Part shown: positions 28,315 to 39,364 of the stretch, one piece after another
Position numbering within the stretch: position 1 is the first letter of the stretch
Layout of the letters: each line of letters starts with the position of its first letter
NCBI GenBank assembly: GCA_037441965.1
Contig: JBBIRD010000003.1
Location: 6,741-70,740 of the forward strand
Reading direction: 5' to 3'
Length of the DNA stretch: 64,000 bases
Origin: Candidatus Moraniibacteriota bacterium
GTDB taxonomy: Bacteria; Patescibacteriota; Minisyncoccia; Moranbacterales; UBA1568
Position numbers and translations under genes: made by a program
Notes under the pieces: generated by a model
Databases searched by the model: none
Seen by the model: the letters and a program-made list of their open reading frames with translations, nothing else
Told to the model about the DNA's origin: nothing

Positions 28315-28341
28315 ATTTTATGATATAGTAAAAATAGATAT

Positions 28342-29115
28342 TTGTTTTTTATTATGATTTTTCATCTGACTATCTTTTTTTGGACGCTTATTTTCGCATT
28401 GGGACTTGAAATAGTAGTGCAAAATTCGTTTTCACCAACATGGAATTGGTATTTTTTTACAACTATACCGTTTTTCATTATTTCTCTCTTAGCGTGTCAA
28501 AAAATTACGAAGCGTTCGACAGATGTTTTTCTCCTCGGACTCCTTTTTCTTTCTTCTCCTACACTTCTTTCGTTCATTGATTCACCTCGTCAGAGTCAAT
28601 GGTTTATTTTTCTTTGTTCGGTTATGTATTATTTTGCACTTCTTGGTTTATATCGATTGCATTACTCTCCAAAAGATAAGACGGCACAATCTTTTCTTAA
28701 TACGGCCTCTTTGGCTGGTATTTTCTTTTATTATACGAGTCTTTTTGGCTTCTATCTGAATTTTTCATTTCCATTGTGGGGATTGATGACATTGTACTTT
28801 TTTGGCACTGCTTTTATGAGTTATAAAACATTTGCTAGTATAGAGAGAGAGGGAATACAAAAGAAACGATTGATGATGTACAGTGTGTTATTAGGTCTTT
28901 GTATGGCGGAAATGGTTTGGGTGATGAGTTTCTGGCCATTTGGATATTTAACAGCAGGCGTATTAGCACTCATTTTTTTCTTTCTCATTTGGGATATTAC
29001 TTTTGATATCTTTCACAGCACACTTTCGCTTCGAAAAATGGTGTGGCGAACAATTTTTTTCTTTATCCTTATAGGGATTTTGCTATGGAGTACGTCTTGG
29101 CACATCCTTGTATGA
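28342..29115 (+). CDS. hypothetical polytopic membrane protein
   Basis: ~7 hydrophobic helices; no motifs recognised. Confidence 0.5.
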   Translation: MFFIMIFHLTIFFWTLIFALGLEIVVQNSFSPTWNWYFFTTIPFFIISLLACQKITKRSTDVFLLGLLFLSSPTLLSFIDSPRQSQWFIFLCSVMYYFALLGLYRLHYSPKDKTAQSFLNTASLAGIFFYYTSLFGFYLNFSFPLWGLMTLYFFGTAFMSYKTFASIEREGIQKKRLMMYSVLLGLCMAEMVWVMSFWPFGYLTAGVLALIFFFLIWDITFDIFHSTLSLRKMVWRTIFFFILIGILLWSTSWHILV

Positions 29116-29219
29116 TGGGGTGTACAAATGATAGGCGATGTGATAAAAAGAATGAAGAGGTTAAATAAGAAGATGTATTTATCATAATCCAAAGCCGTAA
29201 GGTATTCGTCATTTTTTGT

Positions 29220-30362
29220 ATGAAAAAATCTGTTTTTATTGTAGTTTTTATTTTTATTTTCTTTCTTTTTGGTGCTTTAGGAGCAATTTTTTTGAATGCT
29301 TATCTTCCAAAAATTGCTTCTTTTCCTATTTTGAATAAGTGGAGTGTACTAAAGAAAGCGACTGATCGCGTGACGATTATCAATAAAACTGAGCAGGTCG
29401 TCATTGCAGAGGATGATTCTGTAGAAAAGATTGTTTCACAACCAGCCACCGCAGTAGTGAATATTGTTATGACGCCATCTGATACGGCAAAGAGTATGTC
29501 ATTACCTCTTCCTATACGAACAGGTGTTTTAGTGACGAACGATGGACTAGTTCTCAGTTATAGTAGTTCTCCTCTCACCAAAGAGATGTATCAATACACT
29601 GTTATTCTTTTTGATGGAACGACACAGACGGCCGATTTCGTCGGATACGATACTCTTACAAACATTTTTTTTCTTCGTCTGAAGGATACAAAGAATACCC
29701 CAGCGATTGCTTTTGCAAATTCTGATGATGCACGCATTGGCAAAAAGATTATCGCTCTCGGAGGATCATCTCTTCCATATCAAAATCGATTAGCCACAGG
29801 TATTTTGAGTAATATAAATTATTCTTTCAATCTCTCTGGAAAAACAGTGGCATTATCAGAAAAAATGGAAGGTGTTTTCGAAACTGATTTCGTTACACCA
29901 GACCAATTTATTGGCGGACCAACTGTTGGTTATAATGGAGAGATGATTGGTCTTATGGGATCACTGCTCATCGATAATGTTCCTTTTTCATTTCTTATTC
30001 CTGTGAATGCGGTTCATGAGTCTTTAGACAGGGCGATAAATGGAGAGCTTGATACGCGTGTTGTTTTCGGAGCGTACTATTTACCTATTACCAAGACATT
30101 GGCCGTTCAGATGCATCTTCCTGAAGAAAGCGGAGCTCTTATTTATTCTCCATCTGGGAAAACAGGATTAGCATTGCTTGCAGGACTCAGTGCTTCAAAA
30201 GCAGGACTGGAAGTAGGGGATATTATTCTGAGTATTGACGATAAACCTATCACACTCACTACTCCGCTTCCATTGCTTCTTCGCTCGTATCACAAGAATG
30301 AAAGCGTGAAAATGTCTGTGTGGCGAAAAGATGCAGAACAAGAAATAACAGTGCAGTTTTAA
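29220..30362 (+). CDS. HtrA-like trypsin-fold/PDZ protein, probably catalytically inactive
   Basis: Trypsin-fold and PDZ-like architecture similar to upstream htrA but His motif replaced (TNDGLV) and GNSGGP replaced (QFIGGP). Confidence 0.55.
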   Translation: MKKSVFIVVFIFIFFLFGALGAIFLNAYLPKIASFPILNKWSVLKKATDRVTIINKTEQVVIAEDDSVEKIVSQPATAVVNIVMTPSDTAKSMSLPLPIRTGVLVTNDGLVLSYSSSPLTKEMYQYTVILFDGTTQTADFVGYDTLTNIFFLRLKDTKNTPAIAFANSDDARIGKKIIALGGSSLPYQNRLATGILSNINYSFNLSGKTVALSEKMEGVFETDFVTPDQFIGGPTVGYNGEMIGLMGSLLIDNVPFSFLIPVNAVHESLDRAINGELDTRVVFGAYYLPITKTLAVQMHLPEESGALIYSPSGKTGLALLAGLSASKAGLEVGDIILSIDDKPITLTTPLPLLLRSYHKNESVKMSVWRKDAEQEITVQF

Positions 30363-30371
30363 TATATCTTT

Positions 30372-31610
30372 ATGCGACAATCAAAAATTTTTATTCATAC
30401 CAAGAAAGAATCTCCGAAAGATGAAGTGAGTAAAAATGCTCAATTACTTATACGAGCTGGTTTTATTCACAAAGAAATGGCAGGAGTATATTCTTTTCTA
30501 CCGTTTGGTTTACGAGTATTAAATAAAATTATTCAGATTATTCGTGAAGAAATGAACAAAGTAGGTGGACAAGAAGTGCTTCTTGCATCACTGCAAGATA
30601 AAGCATTGTGGGAAACAACTGATCGATGGGATGATGAGAAGGTAGATGTATGGTTCAAAACAAAATTAAAAAATGGTACAGATCTTGGGCTAGCTGTAAC
30701 ACACGAGGAACCAATGACGCGTATGTTGACACAGCATATCAGTTCATATCGTGATTTACCGTTACTTACATATCATTTTCAAACGAAGTTTCGTAACGAG
30801 GTGCGCGCTAAATCAGGTATTATGAGAATGCGTGAGTTTCTAATGAAAGATCTTTATTCTTTTGCTCGTACTCTTGAGGAGCATAATACTCTCTATACAT
30901 CTATTAGAGGAGCCTATAAAACTGTTTTTGAAAGAGTAGGATTGGGAGATGTTACATACCCTACATTTGCTTCAGGTGGAATATTTAGTAAATATTCAGA
31001 AGAGTTTCAGACTGTGAGCGATGCCGGTGAAGACATTATCTATGTTGATGAAATGAGTGGCCAGGCACTCAATGTCGAAGTGCTTAATGATGAAGTACTG
31101 GCTGACCTCGGGTTGAAGAGAGAAAATTTGGTTGAGAAAAAATCAATTGAAGTGGGTAATATATTTAGTCTTGGAACGAGGTTTTCTGAGCCACTTGGAC
31201 TCACTTATAAAAACGAGAAGGGTGAATCTCTCCCTGTTATTATGGGAAGTTATGGCATTGGACCCGCGAGAGTGATGGGGACGATTGCAGAAGTTTTGTC
31301 TGATGATTTGGGTCTGGTATGGCCAGAAAGTGTAGCGCCATTTCGAGTACATCTTCTTTCTCTTGGAGCAGACGAGAAGGCGACTGAAATCTATGAGATA
31401 CTTACACAAGCAGGTGTTGAAGTACTCTATGATGATCGTGATATGCGAGCCGGAGAGAAGTTTTCGGAGAGTGATTTATTAGGTATTCCATATCGAGTAG
31501 TGGTCAGTAAACGATCTGTTGAATTAGGAAAAGTCGAAATAAAAAAGCGTACTGAAAAAGAATCTGAAGAAAGAACTTTTGAAGAGCTCATTTCATTTTT
31601 TAAAAAATAA
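30372..31610 (+). CDS. proS: prolyl-tRNA synthetase, short form lacking editing insertion
   Basis: Class II motifs and ProRS N-terminal pattern (SKIFIHTKKESPKDEVSKNAQLLIRAGFI...); C-terminal anticodon-binding domain; 412 aa. Confidence 0.8.
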   Translation: MRQSKIFIHTKKESPKDEVSKNAQLLIRAGFIHKEMAGVYSFLPFGLRVLNKIIQIIREEMNKVGGQEVLLASLQDKALWETTDRWDDEKVDVWFKTKLKNGTDLGLAVTHEEPMTRMLTQHISSYRDLPLLTYHFQTKFRNEVRAKSGIMRMREFLMKDLYSFARTLEEHNTLYTSIRGAYKTVFERVGLGDVTYPTFASGGIFSKYSEEFQTVSDAGEDIIYVDEMSGQALNVEVLNDEVLADLGLKRENLVEKKSIEVGNIFSLGTRFSEPLGLTYKNEKGESLPVIMGSYGIGPARVMGTIAEVLSDDLGLVWPESVAPFRVHLLSLGADEKATEIYEILTQAGVEVLYDDRDMRAGEKFSESDLLGIPYRVVVSKRSVELGKVEIKKRTEKESEERTFEELISFFKK

Positions 31611-31613
31611 TCT

Positions 31614-32327
31614 ATGACACGGGAAATATATTTAAAGGATGAACGGATTATTATTTCTCTTGGTGGATCACTTTTGGTGCCTGAAGGTATTGATGCTGAG
31701 TTCATAGCGAATTTCAAAAAATTTATTATTGCTCATATCAAGAAAGGCTACCGTTTCATTTTGGTAACAGGTGGAGGAAAAACGGCTCGTCGATATATTG
31801 ATGTTGCTTCACAAGTAACAAAAATAACTTCAGATGATTGTGATTGGCTCGGTATCCACGCGACTCGTATGAACGCTCATCTTGTGCGTACAATATTTCG
31901 TGAGTATGCTCATCCTCGTATCAATACTAATCCGCATGATCTTGAAGATTTTTATGGAGCGCCGGAGCCGATACTTGTTGCAGCGGGTTGGCGTCCGGGT
32001 TTTTCAACTGATTTTGATGCTGTCATACTCGGGAAATATTTGGATGTAACGCGTATTATTAATCTTTCAAATATCGAACGAGTGTATAACAAAGATCCTC
32101 GAACACACGCTGACGCAATACCGTTTGATGAGATTACTTGGAAAGAATTTCGGAAAATTGTAGGCAACAAGTGGAATCCAGGTATGAATGTTCCTTTCGA
32201 TCCGATTGCTTCGGAAATGGCAGAGAAAGAACATATGGAAGTAGCCATATTGAATGGGGGAGATCTTGTGAATGTTACAAATTATATTGCAGGGAAATCA
32301 TTTATCGGGACAAGAATACGAGGATAA
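31614..32327 (+). CDS. pyrH: uridylate (UMP) kinase, amino-acid-kinase fold
   Basis: ISLGGSLL...ILVTGGGKTARRY pattern of UMP kinase family. Confidence 0.7.
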   Translation: MTREIYLKDERIIISLGGSLLVPEGIDAEFIANFKKFIIAHIKKGYRFILVTGGGKTARRYIDVASQVTKITSDDCDWLGIHATRMNAHLVRTIFREYAHPRINTNPHDLEDFYGAPEPILVAAGWRPGFSTDFDAVILGKYLDVTRIINLSNIERVYNKDPRTHADAIPFDEITWKEFRKIVGNKWNPGMNVPFDPIASEMAEKEHMEVAILNGGDLVNVTNYIAGKSFIGTRIRG

Positions 32328-32347
32328 GTTTTTATTTGTGAGTATAT

Positions 32348-33298
32348 ATGAAAACGGTAAAAAAACTTCTTCTTGCATCACCTCGTGGATTCTGTGCTGG
32401 AGTTTCTAGAGCAGTGAAAGCTGTTGAAGACACACTTGCTCTTTTTGGCGCACCAATTTATGTAAAACATGAAATTGTACATAATAAGCATATTGTCGAA
32501 AATTTTTCGTCTCAGGGTGTTATTACCATAGAAACGCTCTCAGAAGTACCTGAAGGGTCCGTAGTCGTGTTTTCTGCTCACGGGTCAATACCAGAGCATT
32601 ATATTGAGGCAAAAAAACGTCATTTGACGCTTATTGATGCCACTTGTCCACTTGTTACGAAGGTACATCTTGAAGTACATCGTTTTCTTAAAGACGAATA
32701 CACTATTGTTTATATCGGACACAAAGGACATATCGAAGGTATTGGTGTTTTAGGAGAAGCAAAAGATGGACAGATTTTTCTTGTGGAAAATGTGGAGGAT
32801 GTTCAGAACTTGAACATTGGTAATCCGGAGAAGATTGTATATCTTACGCAAACAACACTTTCTGTTGATGATACCGCAGAAGTGATCCGTGCACTTCAAA
32901 AAAAATACCCATACATTATTGCTCCACCACTTTCTGATATTTGTTTTGCGACGACCAATCGTCAGTTGGCAGTGAAATCTCTCGCTAAGCTGTGTGATCT
33001 CATTTTGATTGTTGGATCAAAAAATTCTTCAAATTCGACGCGTCTTATGGAAACCGCGAGGCATATAGGTATCGAGGCATATCTTATTGACGATGTGTCC
33101 CAAATTGAGCATCAGTGGTTTGATGACAAAGAGATTATTGGTCTGAGTGCTGGAGCAAGTGCTCCTGAAAATCTTGTTTCTGATATTATTGATTTTTTTA
33201 TAGCAAATGGAGTAACAGTAGAAAATCATATTGCACTCGAAGAAACAATGCATTTTACAGAACCACTCGAACTAATGCAGTTGAAAAGGAAAAAATGA
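32348..33298 (+). CDS. ispH: 4-hydroxy-3-methylbut-2-enyl diphosphate reductase
   Basis: LASPRGFCAGV with conserved Cys, TCPLV, and third Cys region typical of IspH/LytB. Confidence 0.9.
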   Translation: MKTVKKLLLASPRGFCAGVSRAVKAVEDTLALFGAPIYVKHEIVHNKHIVENFSSQGVITIETLSEVPEGSVVVFSAHGSIPEHYIEAKKRHLTLIDATCPLVTKVHLEVHRFLKDEYTIVYIGHKGHIEGIGVLGEAKDGQIFLVENVEDVQNLNIGNPEKIVYLTQTTLSVDDTAEVIRALQKKYPYIIAPPLSDICFATTNRQLAVKSLAKLCDLILIVGSKNSSNSTRLMETARHIGIEAYLIDDVSQIEHQWFDDKEIIGLSAGASAPENLVSDIIDFFIANGVTVENHIALEETMHFTEPLELMQLKRKK

Positions 33299-34425
33299 TG
33301 AAACAATACAGCACCATTGCTCTTCAAGTGAGTGATCTTGATCATAGGCGTATCGATGGAACGAGAGTGTATCTAAGGGAGTTACTCCGTCGTTTTGGTC
33401 TTTTGGATACTGAGACCAATTTTCATTTGTATCATAGGAAGGTTTTTAATCCTAATCTTGAGCCTCCATTCTTTAAGAATTATAGAATACGGAGATTGTC
33501 CTTTCCTTTTGCATGGATGCAAACGATATTTGTATGGGAAATGTTTCGTACGATTCCGAAAAAACTTTTTTTGCCTATCCAAGCCGTTCCATTTTTTGTT
33601 TCCCAAAAAACAGAGGTTATTGTTACGATTCACGATCTTGCTTTTAAGCGTTATCCTGAGACATTTCCAAAAATGCATTTATTCAAATTGAATTTTTTGT
33701 TATCTCTTGCGTTGTCGAGAGCGGATAAATTGATTGCAGTATCAGCGTCGACGAAGCAAGATATAAAAGAATTTTTTCCACAGATTCCTATGGAGCGTAT
33801 TCGCATTATTCATCACGGTTTTGATAAGGATTTCTTTGGCGTGAGAATAGATCATAATTTTTTGACACAGAAGCTTGCTTTGTATCATCTTAAGGAAAAA
33901 TCATATATGCTCTATGTTGGAGCACTTCAACCAAGGAAAAATCTTGTACGACTTATTAAGGCTTTCGATAATGCGAAGAAGAAAATTCCTGCTATGAAAT
34001 TAGTATTAGTGGGAGAGAGTGCATGGCTTTCAGAAACAATATTTGAGGCACGAGAACAGAGTATATACAAAGAAGATATTATGATGGTAGGGTCGTTAGG
34101 TTTTGAAGAAATACGCATATTATATCAAGGAGCGCGATTTTTTGTTTTCCCATCACTCTATGAAGGATTTGGATTGCCTATTCTTGAAGCCTTTGCTTCT
34201 TTGGTACCAGTGCTTACAGCTGATAATTCCAGTTTACTTGAAGTAGGAGGTAATGCAGTATTATATTGTAATGCCGTAAACATTGAGGATATATCTGAGA
34301 AAATGATGATTCTCTGGAATGATGAAATGTTGCAAAAAAACCTTGTGATAAAAGGAAAAGAACAATTAGAAAAGTTTTCGTGGGATAAATGTGCTAAAGA
34401 AACTTTGGAATATATTCTTTCTTAA
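33295..34425 (+). CDS. glycosyltransferase family 1 (GT-B, GT4-like)
   Basis: C-terminal E..G.P..EA...G.PV motif (YEGFGLPILEAFASLVPVL). Confidence 0.8.
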   Translation: MMKQYSTIALQVSDLDHRRIDGTRVYLRELLRRFGLLDTETNFHLYHRKVFNPNLEPPFFKNYRIRRLSFPFAWMQTIFVWEMFRTIPKKLFLPIQAVPFFVSQKTEVIVTIHDLAFKRYPETFPKMHLFKLNFLLSLALSRADKLIAVSASTKQDIKEFFPQIPMERIRIIHHGFDKDFFGVRIDHNFLTQKLALYHLKEKSYMLYVGALQPRKNLVRLIKAFDNAKKKIPAMKLVLVGESAWLSETIFEAREQSIYKEDIMMVGSLGFEEIRILYQGARFFVFPSLYEGFGLPILEAFASLVPVLTADNSSLLEVGGNAVLYCNAVNIEDISEKMMILWNDEMLQKNLVIKGKEQLEKFSWDKCAKETLEYILS

Positions 34426-34475
34426 AGACGAAAATGCTTCTTGCTTTTTGAGTGTTTTTGCTTTATCCTTAGGAA

Positions 34476-36293
34476 ATGAATGAACAAGAACGACAAAAAA
34501 ATATTCGCAATTTTTGTATCATTGCACATATTGATCATGGGAAATCTACTCTCGCGGATCGTCTTTTGGAACTGACAAAAACAGTAGAAATGCGAAAAAT
34601 GAAGGAACAACTCCTCGATCAGATGGATCTGGAACGTGAAAGAGGTATCACGATCAAGCTTCAGCCGGTACAGATGCATTATGAATATGCAGGAGAGAAA
34701 TATACGCTCAATCTCATTGATACGCCGGGACATGTGGATTTTCATTATGAAGTATCTCGTTCACTTGCTGCTGTCGAAGGAGCGATTCTTTTGGTTGATG
34801 CGACAAAGGGTGTGCAAGCGCAAACACTTGCTAATTTGTATCTTGCTATTGATCAAGGGCTTGAGATTATTCCCGTGATTAATAAAATAGATTTACCAAA
34901 TGCTGAAGTAGAAAAAACAAAAAAAGAAATCATTCACATTTTGGGATGTAGAGAAGATGAAATACTTCTTGCTTCAGGAAAGACAGGAATAGGTGTGAAA
35001 GAAGTATTGGAGCGTGTTATTTCTGTTGTTCCTGCTCCTAATGGTGATGAAATGAAACCGCTTCGCGCCCTTATTTTCGATTCGGTATACAATACCTACA
35101 AAGGTGTCGTTGCGTATGTAAAAATTGTTGATGGTACGGTGAAGCGTGATGATATGCTTCATATGTTGGGTACTGAGAAAGAAGGCGTTACCGTTGAAGT
35201 AGGATTGTTTCATCCAAATCTTGTTTCGACTGATGTACTTCGTGCTGGAGATATTGGATATATTGCTACTGGACTTAAAGAAGTGGGACATTGTCGTGTT
35301 GGAGACACAGTCACATGGCGGATGAAAGATAAAGAAAAGATTGTTATCGAGAGACTTCCCGGATACAAAGAAATTAAACCAGCAGTGTATGCGAGTTTCT
35401 ATCCTGTCGATGGAGATGATTATACAGTGATGCGTGATGCTTTGGATAAATTGAAACTGAACGATGCAGCATTTACTTTTGAACCAGAAAGTAATCAGGC
35501 TCTTGGGCGAGGATTTCGTTGTGGATTTCTCGGACTTTTGCATTTGGAAATCATTCAGGCGAGATTGGATAGAGAGTTTCAATTGAATCCGACAATTACT
35601 ACCCCGTCAGTAGTATATGAAATAAAATTGCACGGTGTTGAAAAGCGTGTGCCATTGTATTCACCAACTAGTCTTCCTGATCCAGCAAGTATTGAAAAAA
35701 TATATGAACCGTATGTTGCTCTTTCTATCGTCACCCCGAGTGAATATTTAGGGAATGTCATCACATTGACACAATCTATCCGTGCGGAGTATAAGAATAC
35801 TGAATACATTGATGAAGAACGGGTTTTACTTTCTTTTGAGGCACCACTTATGGATGTGATCGTGAGTTTTCATGATGAATTGAAAAGTGTTTCATCAGGA
35901 TATGCTTCGATGAATTATGAACCGATAGAATATCGGGCAAGTGATGTTGTGAAGCTTGATATTCTCGTGGCTAATGAATGCGTTGAAGCATTCGCTCGAA
36001 TGATTCCTCGTCGTGATGCTTATGGAGAAGGAAAGCGTGTTGTAGAAAAATTGAAAGAAGTTATTCCGAAACAAAACTTTGCGGTTGCTATTCAGGCTGC
36101 TATTGGAGGAAAAGTGATCGCTCGTGAAACAATCTCCGCTTTTCGAAAAGATGTAACAGGAGCTCTGTATGGAGGAGATTTTTCTCGTAAAAAGAAACTT
36201 CTTGAAAAGCAAAAAAGAGGAAAGAAAAAAATGCGTGAGATTGGTAGAGTATCTATTCCAAGTAGTGCTTTTCTTGCTGTACTCAAGAAATAA
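34476..36293 (+). CDS. lepA: elongation factor 4 (translation GTPase LepA)
   Basis: IRNFCIIAHIDHGKSTLADRLL G1 motif, DTPGHVDF, NKID, LepA-specific C-terminal domain. Confidence 0.95.
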   Translation: MNEQERQKNIRNFCIIAHIDHGKSTLADRLLELTKTVEMRKMKEQLLDQMDLERERGITIKLQPVQMHYEYAGEKYTLNLIDTPGHVDFHYEVSRSLAAVEGAILLVDATKGVQAQTLANLYLAIDQGLEIIPVINKIDLPNAEVEKTKKEIIHILGCREDEILLASGKTGIGVKEVLERVISVVPAPNGDEMKPLRALIFDSVYNTYKGVVAYVKIVDGTVKRDDMLHMLGTEKEGVTVEVGLFHPNLVSTDVLRAGDIGYIATGLKEVGHCRVGDTVTWRMKDKEKIVIERLPGYKEIKPAVYASFYPVDGDDYTVMRDALDKLKLNDAAFTFEPESNQALGRGFRCGFLGLLHLEIIQARLDREFQLNPTITTPSVVYEIKLHGVEKRVPLYSPTSLPDPASIEKIYEPYVALSIVTPSEYLGNVITLTQSIRAEYKNTEYIDEERVLLSFEAPLMDVIVSFHDELKSVSSGYASMNYEPIEYRASDVVKLDILVANECVEAFARMIPRRDAYGEGKRVVEKLKEVIPKQNFAVAIQAAIGGKVIARETISAFRKDVTGALYGGDFSRKKKLLEKQKRGKKKMREIGRVSIPSSAFLAVLKK

Positions 36294-36391
36294 ATATTTT
36301 GCAAAATCGTTCCAGAAAGAGTATACTGCGTATGTAAATATTATTGATATTTTCTGTCTATCGTGACAATAGCTCAGAAAGATAAAAAACT

Positions 36392-36703
36392 ATGGCAATG
36401 GAGTTTACCGATGCAAATTTTGAAGCAGAAGTGTTAAAGAGTGATAAGCCGGTACTTGTTGATTTTTGGGCACCATGGTGTGGTCCGTGTCAATTGATGG
36501 GACCAGTTATTGAAGAATTGGCTGGAGAAGTAACAAGTGCAAAGATTGGTAAGCTAAATGTTGACGAGAATGCAGATACAGCAAGCGCATACGGTATTAT
36601 GTCTATCCCTACTCTCAAGGTGTTCAAAGATGGAAAAGTTGTGAAAGAATTTGTAGGCGCACAAGCGAAAGATAAATTGAAAGCAGAGCTTGCAAACCTG
36701 TAG
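36392..36703 (+). CDS. trxA: thioredoxin
   Basis: WAPWCGPC active site, 103 aa. Confidence 0.9.
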   Translation: MAMEFTDANFEAEVLKSDKPVLVDFWAPWCGPCQLMGPVIEELAGEVTSAKIGKLNVDENADTASAYGIMSIPTLKVFKDGKVVKEFVGAQAKDKLKAELANL

Positions 36704-36735
36704 TTTTTATTTTTCAAGATTTAAAACAAAAAACA

Positions 36736-37176
36736 ATGAAAATTCATAAGGAGAAAATTGATCTGGAAAGTAAAACACAGATCGAGTTTATGGATATTAC
36801 TGACAAAGTCCAAGAAATTATTGATCATTCTGGAGTGAGAGAAGGTCAAGTACTGGTGTATGTTCCTCATACTACGATGGGTATTGCTATCAATCATAAC
36901 GAGCCGATGTTGGTACAAGATTTTATGCGTGTTATGTATAAGCTTGTCCCTGTTGATGATCACTATTCTCATGATCTATTTGAACTCCGTCGTGAATCAC
37001 AATCAGATGGACGCAGTAATGGTCATTCACATTGTAAATCTATCCTACTTGGTAATAGCGAAACAATTCCTATTGAAAGAGGAAAACTTCTTCTGACAGA
37101 GCGTCAAAGTATCTTTGCTGTCGAATTCGACGGATCAAGGAAAAGAGATATTTTTATTCAAGTAATCGGACTTTAA
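36736..37176 (+). CDS. yjbQ: YjbQ/UPF0047-family protein
   Basis: Pattern ...DITD.V......G...G.V.V.V.HTT....INE.... characteristic of YjbQ family. Confidence 0.75.
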   Translation: MKIHKEKIDLESKTQIEFMDITDKVQEIIDHSGVREGQVLVYVPHTTMGIAINHNEPMLVQDFMRVMYKLVPVDDHYSHDLFELRRESQSDGRSNGHSHCKSILLGNSETIPIERGKLLLTERQSIFAVEFDGSRKRDIFIQVIGL

Positions 37177-37184
37177 ATAATACG

Positions 37185-38198
37185 ATGCGTATTTTTCTTT
37201 TTATAGCCTCTTTTCTTTCGGTAATGACTCTTGTAGTTTTTTTTCTTCTCTCGTATGCAGAGACGTCTTCTTATGGTACACGAAAAATAGAACAGCGTTT
37301 TGAAGTTTTGCAAGGAGAAAATGTTATTGATGTGTCCAAAAAATTGGAATCAGCGGGGCTTATTCTTTCGCGCATTCCTTTTTTGTGGCATATTGCGCGT
37401 ATTGGTAAAACTCACGCGCTTGTCGCTGGTACTTATAACCTCAGCGGGACTCTCAATATCACCGAAATCACTCGTATTATAACGACCGGAGAAACAATTT
37501 CTCATGATATAAAAGTTACTTTCCCGGAAGGTTGGGGGAGCAAGAAAATGGCAGACAAATTGACAGCTAACCATCTTCCTGGAGTTGATTTTTTACTTTT
37601 AGTACAAAATCCAAAAAAAGAATGGAAACAGAAATATGATTTTCTTAATGATTTACAATCAGATTCTTCTCTTGAAGGGTTTTTGTTCCCTGATACTTAT
37701 TTTTTTGATGAAACATCTTCAGCTGATGTCATTATTGAAAAAATGCTCGATAATTTTGGAAAGAAATTTAACACCTCTCTTCGTTCTGATATTTTGAAAC
37801 AAAATCGCAATCTCTATGAAATAATAACACTTGCAAGTATCGTAGAGAATGAAGTAAAATCTTCTTCTGATCGAAAAAAAGTTGCCGATCTTTTTTTGCG
37901 AAGGATTCAATCTGGTCAAGCTCTGCAGAGTGATGCTACGGTGCAGTATGTTCTCGGAAGAGATAAAATACAACATTCTTTCGAGGAAACACGAACAGCT
38001 TCCCCATACAATACATACATCAATCCTGGTTTACCTCCAGGACCGATAGGCAATCCGGGACTCAGCTCGATTGAAGCTGTTATTTTTCCTGAGAAAAACC
38101 CGTATGTTTATTTCTTGAGTGATCCAAAAACAGGAGAAACAATTTTTTCTATTACCTACGAAGAACATATCAAAAATAAAAATTTGCACGGATTATAA
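37185..38198 (+). CDS. mltG: endolytic murein transglycosylase MltG (YceG family)
   Basis: N-terminal TM, then YceG-like domain with LQSDATVQYVLG and NTYINPGLPPGPIGNPG motifs. Confidence 0.85.
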   Translation: MRIFLFIASFLSVMTLVVFFLLSYAETSSYGTRKIEQRFEVLQGENVIDVSKKLESAGLILSRIPFLWHIARIGKTHALVAGTYNLSGTLNITEITRIITTGETISHDIKVTFPEGWGSKKMADKLTANHLPGVDFLLLVQNPKKEWKQKYDFLNDLQSDSSLEGFLFPDTYFFDETSSADVIIEKMLDNFGKKFNTSLRSDILKQNRNLYEIITLASIVENEVKSSSDRKKVADLFLRRIQSGQALQSDATVQYVLGRDKIQHSFEETRTASPYNTYINPGLPPGPIGNPGLSSIEAVIFPEKNPYVYFLSDPKTGETIFSITYEEHIKNKNLHGL

Positions 38199-38234
38199 CA
38201 AATGAAAGATAAGTAGTATTTGTGTTGTGAAGAA

Positions 38235-39338
38235 ATGAAAATAGCCTTGGTTCATGATTATCTTGTGCAATACGGAGGAGCAGAGCGGGTGCTTGAAGCT
38301 TTTACTGAGCTTTTTCCGTATGCGCCGATTTATACGCTCATTTATGATAAAGAGGCGATGCATGGTGTCTTTGAAGGGAAGCGTATTTATACTTCTTTTC
38401 TTCAGAAATTACCTTTTTCGAAAAAGCGTCATCGTTTTTTTCCGCCACTTATGCCTCTTGCTATTGAGGAGTTTGATTTTACAAAATATGATATCGTTTT
38501 ATCGGATTCTTCGAGTTATGCCAAAGGAATTATTACGCGTCCTGAAACTTTGCATATTTGTTATATGCATACGCCAATGAGATATGCATGGGATGATTGT
38601 CAGAAATACACACAAGATTTTGGATTTCCATCGTTAGTGAAGAAAATGGTTCCATTTTTTATGAGTCCAATACGTTTGTGGGATAGAGCAAGTGCTGATC
38701 GCATTGATCACTATTTGACGAATTCACAATTTGTAGCGAAGCGTATAAAGAAATACTATGGTAGCAATTCTTTGGTGATTCATCCGCCTGTCAATGTTGA
38801 TCGATTTTTTATTACGGAAAAACAAGAGGATTATTTTCTTATCGTTGGTCGTCTTATTGCATACAAAAGGCACGATATTGCTATTGAAGCTTTCAATCGT
38901 TTGAAACTTCCGCTCAAGATTATCGGTCGTGGACCAGAAATGGATCGTCTGAAGAAAATGGCCGGACCAACTATCGAATTTCTTGGTAGAATACCTGAAG
39001 AAGAATTACCACAGTATTATGCAAAATGTCGTGCATTTGTTTTTCCTCAAGAAGAAGATTTCGGTATCGTTGCGATCGAAGCGATGGCATCAGGGCGTCC
39101 AATTATCGCATACAGAGCAGGGGATATCGTGGAACATTTGGAAGAAGGGAAAATGGGAGTATTTTTTGATGCACAGACGCCCGAAGCGATCGTAGAAGCA
39201 GTCAATCGATTTCATGATAAGGATTATGACCCGGTCTATATTCGTGAAAAATCACTTCCTTTTGACAAAGAACGGTTTAAGGATAAAATAAAAGACTATA
39301 TTAATAATACGTTTGAAGAACATAAACGCCAAAGATAG
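38235..39338 (+). CDS. glycosyltransferase family 4
   Basis: MKIALVHDYLVQYGGAERV N-terminal motif and C-terminal EEDFGIVAIEAMASGRPII. Confidence 0.8.
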   Translation: MKIALVHDYLVQYGGAERVLEAFTELFPYAPIYTLIYDKEAMHGVFEGKRIYTSFLQKLPFSKKRHRFFPPLMPLAIEEFDFTKYDIVLSDSSSYAKGIITRPETLHICYMHTPMRYAWDDCQKYTQDFGFPSLVKKMVPFFMSPIRLWDRASADRIDHYLTNSQFVAKRIKKYYGSNSLVIHPPVNVDRFFITEKQEDYFLIVGRLIAYKRHDIAIEAFNRLKLPLKIIGRGPEMDRLKKMAGPTIEFLGRIPEEELPQYYAKCRAFVFPQEEDFGIVAIEAMASGRPIIAYRAGDIVEHLEEGKMGVFFDAQTPEAIVEAVNRFHDKDYDPVYIREKSLPFDKERFKDKIKDYINNTFEEHKRQR

Positions 39339-39364
39339 TTTTTATTTTTTTAATATATTTATTT

